From contig OZ281498.1 in assembly GCA_965637545.1 (NCBI GenBank), forward strand, positions 20,212,001 through 20,276,000: a stretch of DNA of 64,000 nucleotides, read 5' to 3'. The notes below the pieces were generated by a model that searched no databases, had not been told where the DNA came from, and was given only the letters and a program-made list of their open reading frames with translations. Position 1 is the stretch's first letter; each line of letters begins with the position of its first letter. The translations under genes and the position numbers were made by a program. Of this stretch, positions 59,596 to 64,000 are shown piece by piece. Origin of the DNA: Phallusia mammillata. Its lineage: Eukaryota.

Positions 59596-60836
59596 CAGGG
59601 GTGCACAACCTTTTCGCTTTGACAGCCGCATCGCAGATACTTAGTTCACCAACTGCAACTTAGTGTTTACTTGTTTTTCTTTCGATATTACTGATGTTAA
59701 GAAATAGATTTATCGCATATACGTATACCAGGGCTGTCAAACTTGCGGGGATCGGGGGCCACATGTAAACCTAAACAACCTCTCCGTTACGACGGCCGCA
59801 TTGCAGATCCTTATTTAAGCAACAACCGCCAATTACCTACTGGTTTTAGTTTTAAAATTACAGATGTAAACAAATTGGTTTTCAGCGGAGCACAAATTGC
59901 GCCCGTACGGCCGCATGCGGCCGCAGTGTCGAGTTTGTGCGGCCGTGAACATGTTTATTAAAATATATGTACTGGCGGTTGTGACATAAATAAAACTCCT
60001 TTGCTAAATGTTTTCATTTTTAAACTGCTCTAAACAGTTTTTGTGGTACGAAAAAGAGTATTACCAGCCTAGTATAGGGTTGCCATATTTTATGATGCAC
60101 AATCCCTGACAAAATTTATCTCAGTTGCGTTAACCCAGTGGTTTTCAAACTTTTTCGTTATTTTGTCTAAACGGTGTCTTTGCCATTATTTCGAGGGCTT
60201 GTGGTCCTTACGCCTGAATGTGTTTTTCAGAAAAAAGGAAATTACATCAGTAATTTTAAAACAAAAATAAACAGGTAAATGGCGGCAGTTGGTGAAATAA
60301 GAAGCTGTGATGCGGCCGTCGTATCAAAAAGGTTGTGCTGCGCCCCTGGTTTATATCATATAACCTTCTATTGACGCCCCAAAATCTATATTGTGACGCT
60401 TGTAGTACTTGTTTTTGGGCGTTGTTTGTACACAATAGGCGCCAAAAAGTTTGATCCATATGGCTACTATAGGCTGGTAATACTATTTTCAGTAACACAA
60501 AATCTGTTTAGGGCATTTTAAAAATCAAAATTTTTGGCAAAGGAGTTTTAATTACGCCTGATATCTAACGCTTTAAGAAACGGTTTAATTACTATCGTTT
60601 CTATTTATAGCACTTGAATTTTTAATCATAAATTAAATCTCTGTAAATGTGTGTTTAAATAATGGCTTTCCCTTTGAAAATGAGGAAAAATTTATTATAC
60701 ATAGATAAAAATCTGACAAAACAGTTGTTGTTGAATGTTTGTGGGCCGCATTGGAGGGTTCGTGGGCCACGAGTTTGACAGCCCTAGTGTATAAGCCCAT
60801 AATAATTCTATAACGAGCGTAGGTTGTGCACCCGTG
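59596..60836. mobile_element. Nested hAT MITEs (outer 59596-60836, inner about 59729-60786)
   Basis: Outer CAGGGGTGCACAACC...GGTTGTGCACCCGTG with TATTAGAT/CTTTAGAT flanks; inner CAGGGCTGTCAAAC...GTTTGACAGCCCTA shares internal sequence with 62268-62849. Confidence 0.75.
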
Positions 60837-60844
60837 CTTTAGAT

Positions 60845-61316
60845 CAGTGGTTCCCAACCTTTCTACACCGTGGGACCGATAAAAAATTAAAGAAATATAC
60901 AGACCGGCAACAAAAGATCGTAAGCTTATAGTGAATGTAACAGACGTTTAGAGTGAATGTAACAGACAAATCTTTCACAACATAATGCAAGATTTAGTCA
61001 TAGCCTATGTATTTAGGACTAAAAATTACAACCAAGCGGCAATCAACTCAACTCAAACGTTGAATGCTAGACGCAGTTTATGACAAAACAATCATAAACG
61101 CCACAAAAACTTTATTAAACAGCTTTGCGGGTATCAACGGTGAAGATCTATACCCCAGTTTTACACCAAAGGTTAAAATGAGTTTCGCAGGTACCTACAA
61201 TTTCGCAGTAGGCCTACTTATCGTTCCGTTTTAAAAAGTAACTTGGCATAGGCATAAATTAAGATAATTTGCGGACCGGCAAACTATTCACGCGGACCGG
61301 CGGTTGGGAACCACTG
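60845..61316. mobile_element. hAT MITE, 472 bp
   Basis: CAGTGGTTCCCAACC...GGTTGGGAACCACTG; TSD CTTTAGAT/CTTTAGAC. Confidence 0.9.
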
Positions 61317-62267
61317 CTTTAGACCCTAGGTGCTGCCATATTTTTAGCTACATTAGGCATTTTGACTTTTTACGTTTTGCTTTACTAGTGAAGTACGTTA
61401 CATTCTCGTGCATAAACTACGTTTATATTTCCAGGCTTTTGCAAACCGATTCAAACAAATAATATCTGGCTGTATTCCTTATCTGGCAGAACAAGTAATT
61501 TAGGCAACCTAAATGTTTGAAAATAATTGTCATAGCATATATACCACCTGTTGGCGTGATAACACATTGCCATTTACCGAAATAATATTGCATAACCACA
61601 TATTACGCGTTTACCTAGTACTCAAAACCCGATGTTCACTTAATCGACTATTACAAGGCGCAAGACAACCAAATCTACGTGTATTTGCACCAAATTCTGC
61701 GCGCTTTATACGCCTAGAATCGTGACGTCATTTCACGCTTCGTCGCTCACAGCTGAGCGAGACTTTTTCGACCAAAAACTTTTTTTGTTTTTGTGACCGT
61801 TTTCGTGTAATGTATTGGCAAATGTGTAGTTCTTACAATAAACATAATTATTACCAAACTTGAATAAAAACGCTTTGTGAATAAATGGTCAACATGGATA
61901 AACTTTGGTAAAGAACTGGGCAACTTCTCAAGCTAAATCCAAGTAGGCAAATATTTTTGAGAGAATTAGGATTAAATTGAGTTTTGTAATTAATTGTAAT
62001 GTGATATTTATATGTCCTTTAGCATTGAGGCCAATTCCTTTTGACTGCTTTTCTCATGATTTGACCTATATTTACTGTACGACAAATCTACCTAACTGGG
62101 TGTAAATTTGTTGTAAAGGGTTAAATTTGACCAGTTAACAAAGTTATAAAAGTCAGGCTTGTGCGAAATTGCTAGTTTTCACTTTGTATAAAGAAATTAG
62201 AGGTATTTTTAGTATCGAAATCTTCAAACAGTTAAACGGGAAATGGTTCAGAACCTATGCTTTAGGT

Positions 62268-62849
62268 CAGGGGTGTCAAACTCGTGGGGTTCGGGGGCCA
62301 CATTGCAGTTTGAAAATTATGCCGAGGGCGCATTTCATTTTAATCTAGTTTTGTACACATAAACAACCTTTTCGCTACGACGGCCGCATTGTAGATCCAT
62401 ATTTTACCAACAGCCGCCAATTACCCGCTGGTTGTGTTTTATATTTACGTAAGAAATAGGTTTATATTATATACCATCTATTGATGCCCTAAAGCCCAGA
62501 ATAATTTTTAATTTGATGCACAGATTGAGCTGCACAGTGTAAAGATCAGTTTTAACTGTTTATTACGTCATAATCTAAACTGTGACGCTTGTGGTGCCTG
62601 TTTTTGCATTGTTTGCACACAATAAGCCTATACGAAAATTTAAAACAACATATGAATTTTTATTTATAAATAAAATTTCTGTAAATGTCTGTTTAAATAA
62701 TAGCTTTTGCTTTGAAAAGTAAGAAAAAATACTATAATTAGATAAAAAAAAAAGACAAAATATCACATATGCTGTTGAGTGTTCGTGGGCCGCATTGGGG
62801 CGCTTTGTAGGCCGCATGCGGCCCGCGGGCCGCGAGTTTGACACCCCTG
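62268..62849. mobile_element. hAT MITE, 582 bp
   Basis: Perfect 17-bp TIR CAGGGGTGTCAAACTCG / CGAGTTTGACACCCCTG; perfect TSD CTTTAGGT. Confidence 0.93.
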
Positions 62850-63577
62850 CTTTAGGTGAAAGAGTTTTGTGTGGAATTTCAAACCAAGTAGGTAGCTGTA
62901 GATAGCAGCGTTCATTTTTTTTTTGTGAACTGCTGCATTACAATTAAGAGGGGTAAAAATAAAAGTAAAAAAATGGTGAAAAACAACCCCAACAGGCTGT
63001 CGTTATTTCCATATGTCGCAATTTCTCCTTTCGAAACCTAATTCAAATATACGCAATATGCAGTGCTATATTGTTTTGTTTATCCGCTGTTTGGATCGTA
63101 AAGTTAATAAACAGATGTTGTTTTGTCGCAATGACATGAGAAAATTGGTTCATAAAACTAAATCGGAACTAAGTTAAGAGAAAGTCTGCGCAAAATCTGC
63201 ATTCGAAACCACGTAAGGAAACCAATTTCCTGTCGCACAAGTCGTATCGCGAGTTATAATATTATATTTGTGGAAGCACTCTTTCACAGGTGGGTGGTCG
63301 GGTCAACATGTTTATTGAATTGTCCGAACAGTTGCTATTGGGCCAAAACCCTTACTTGTAGGTTAAGAACCGGAAAAAAACATGTCGTGACATGTTATTG
63401 CATTCTACATTATTTTGTTTAAGAATGTACCCCTGCGTTTTCGGGTTATGTGACGTCATGACTGTAAAGCGACATAGGCCGACGTCACATAATAGGTGTT
63501 TTGCAAATTTTTATGTGCAAAATTAACTAACATATTAGCGATTTGACATTTGGGTGGCAATACTTGTTGCTTTACAG

Positions 63578-64000
63578 CAGGGGTGCATAACCTGCGGTCG
63601 AACGGCCACATGCGGCCGTGTAGACGAATTTTCCGCCCGTAAACATGTATATCAAAATAAATGTATTGGCGGCCGTGACGTAAATAATTTGGTTTTCAAA
63701 CTGCTTTAAACACATTTTGTGGAACTGAAAAAAAGCCCGTCAGAATAAAAATACAAAAATTTAATTGAAACGTTGTGAATGGTGAAATTGTTTTGTAGGT
63801 TATTACGCCTGACTGCGCATCGCGTAAATTTAAAACATCAATAAATTAACCCAAAATCAAGTTGGAAAAGCAAAATAAGAGACTTTTATCCGAAAAATAT
63901 TTAAATTTCAGCCCCTAAACTATTTAGTCAAATGCCTCTAGCTTTTTTGTTGGTGTTGTTTAGGCGCCAAAAAGTTTGTCCCATATGGCTACTATAGCTG
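63578..64000. mobile_element. hAT MITE left part (runs off the window or decayed)
   Basis: CAGGGGTGCATAACC end preceded by CTTTACAG; internal sequence similar to 59940-60500. Confidence 0.6.

Overview
AT-rich, intron-rich animal genomic DNA. A tunicate/ascidian origin is inferred from gene content, short introns and motif usage, not proven. The supplied ORF track mostly captures single exons, so I rebuilt spliced models by hand from GT-AG sites and intron phase. (1) 2021-45710 (+): one complete SCO-spondin gene of about 80 exons (signal peptide, EMI, 3x vWD-C8-TIL, 10 LDLRa, about 20 TSR interleaved with TIL/vWC, C-terminal cystine knot). It apparently lacks the F5/8 type C domain. (2) 11527-12678 (-): a two-exon, 176-aa orphan gene nested antisense in the largest SCO-spondin intron. 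(3) 49531-55317 (-): an intact 11-exon, 434-aa secreted protein with the architecture signal-LCCL-LCCL-EGF-fibrinogen-related domain (FReD). (4) 56639-59352 (-): a ficolin-like gene (signal-collagen-FReD) sharing the same five 3' exons and homologous introns with gene 3 but with a different N-terminus and a -1 frameshift. Genes 3 and 4 look like a duplicated FReD cassette with swapped phase-1 N-terminal modules, and both FReDs lack the canonical N-terminal disulfide segment. The window also holds many Buster-type hAT MITEs (nnnTAnnn TSDs, some nested), tRNA-derived repeats, an RTE-like LINE relic, and a strong, mostly exonic excess of the palindrome TGACGTCA.
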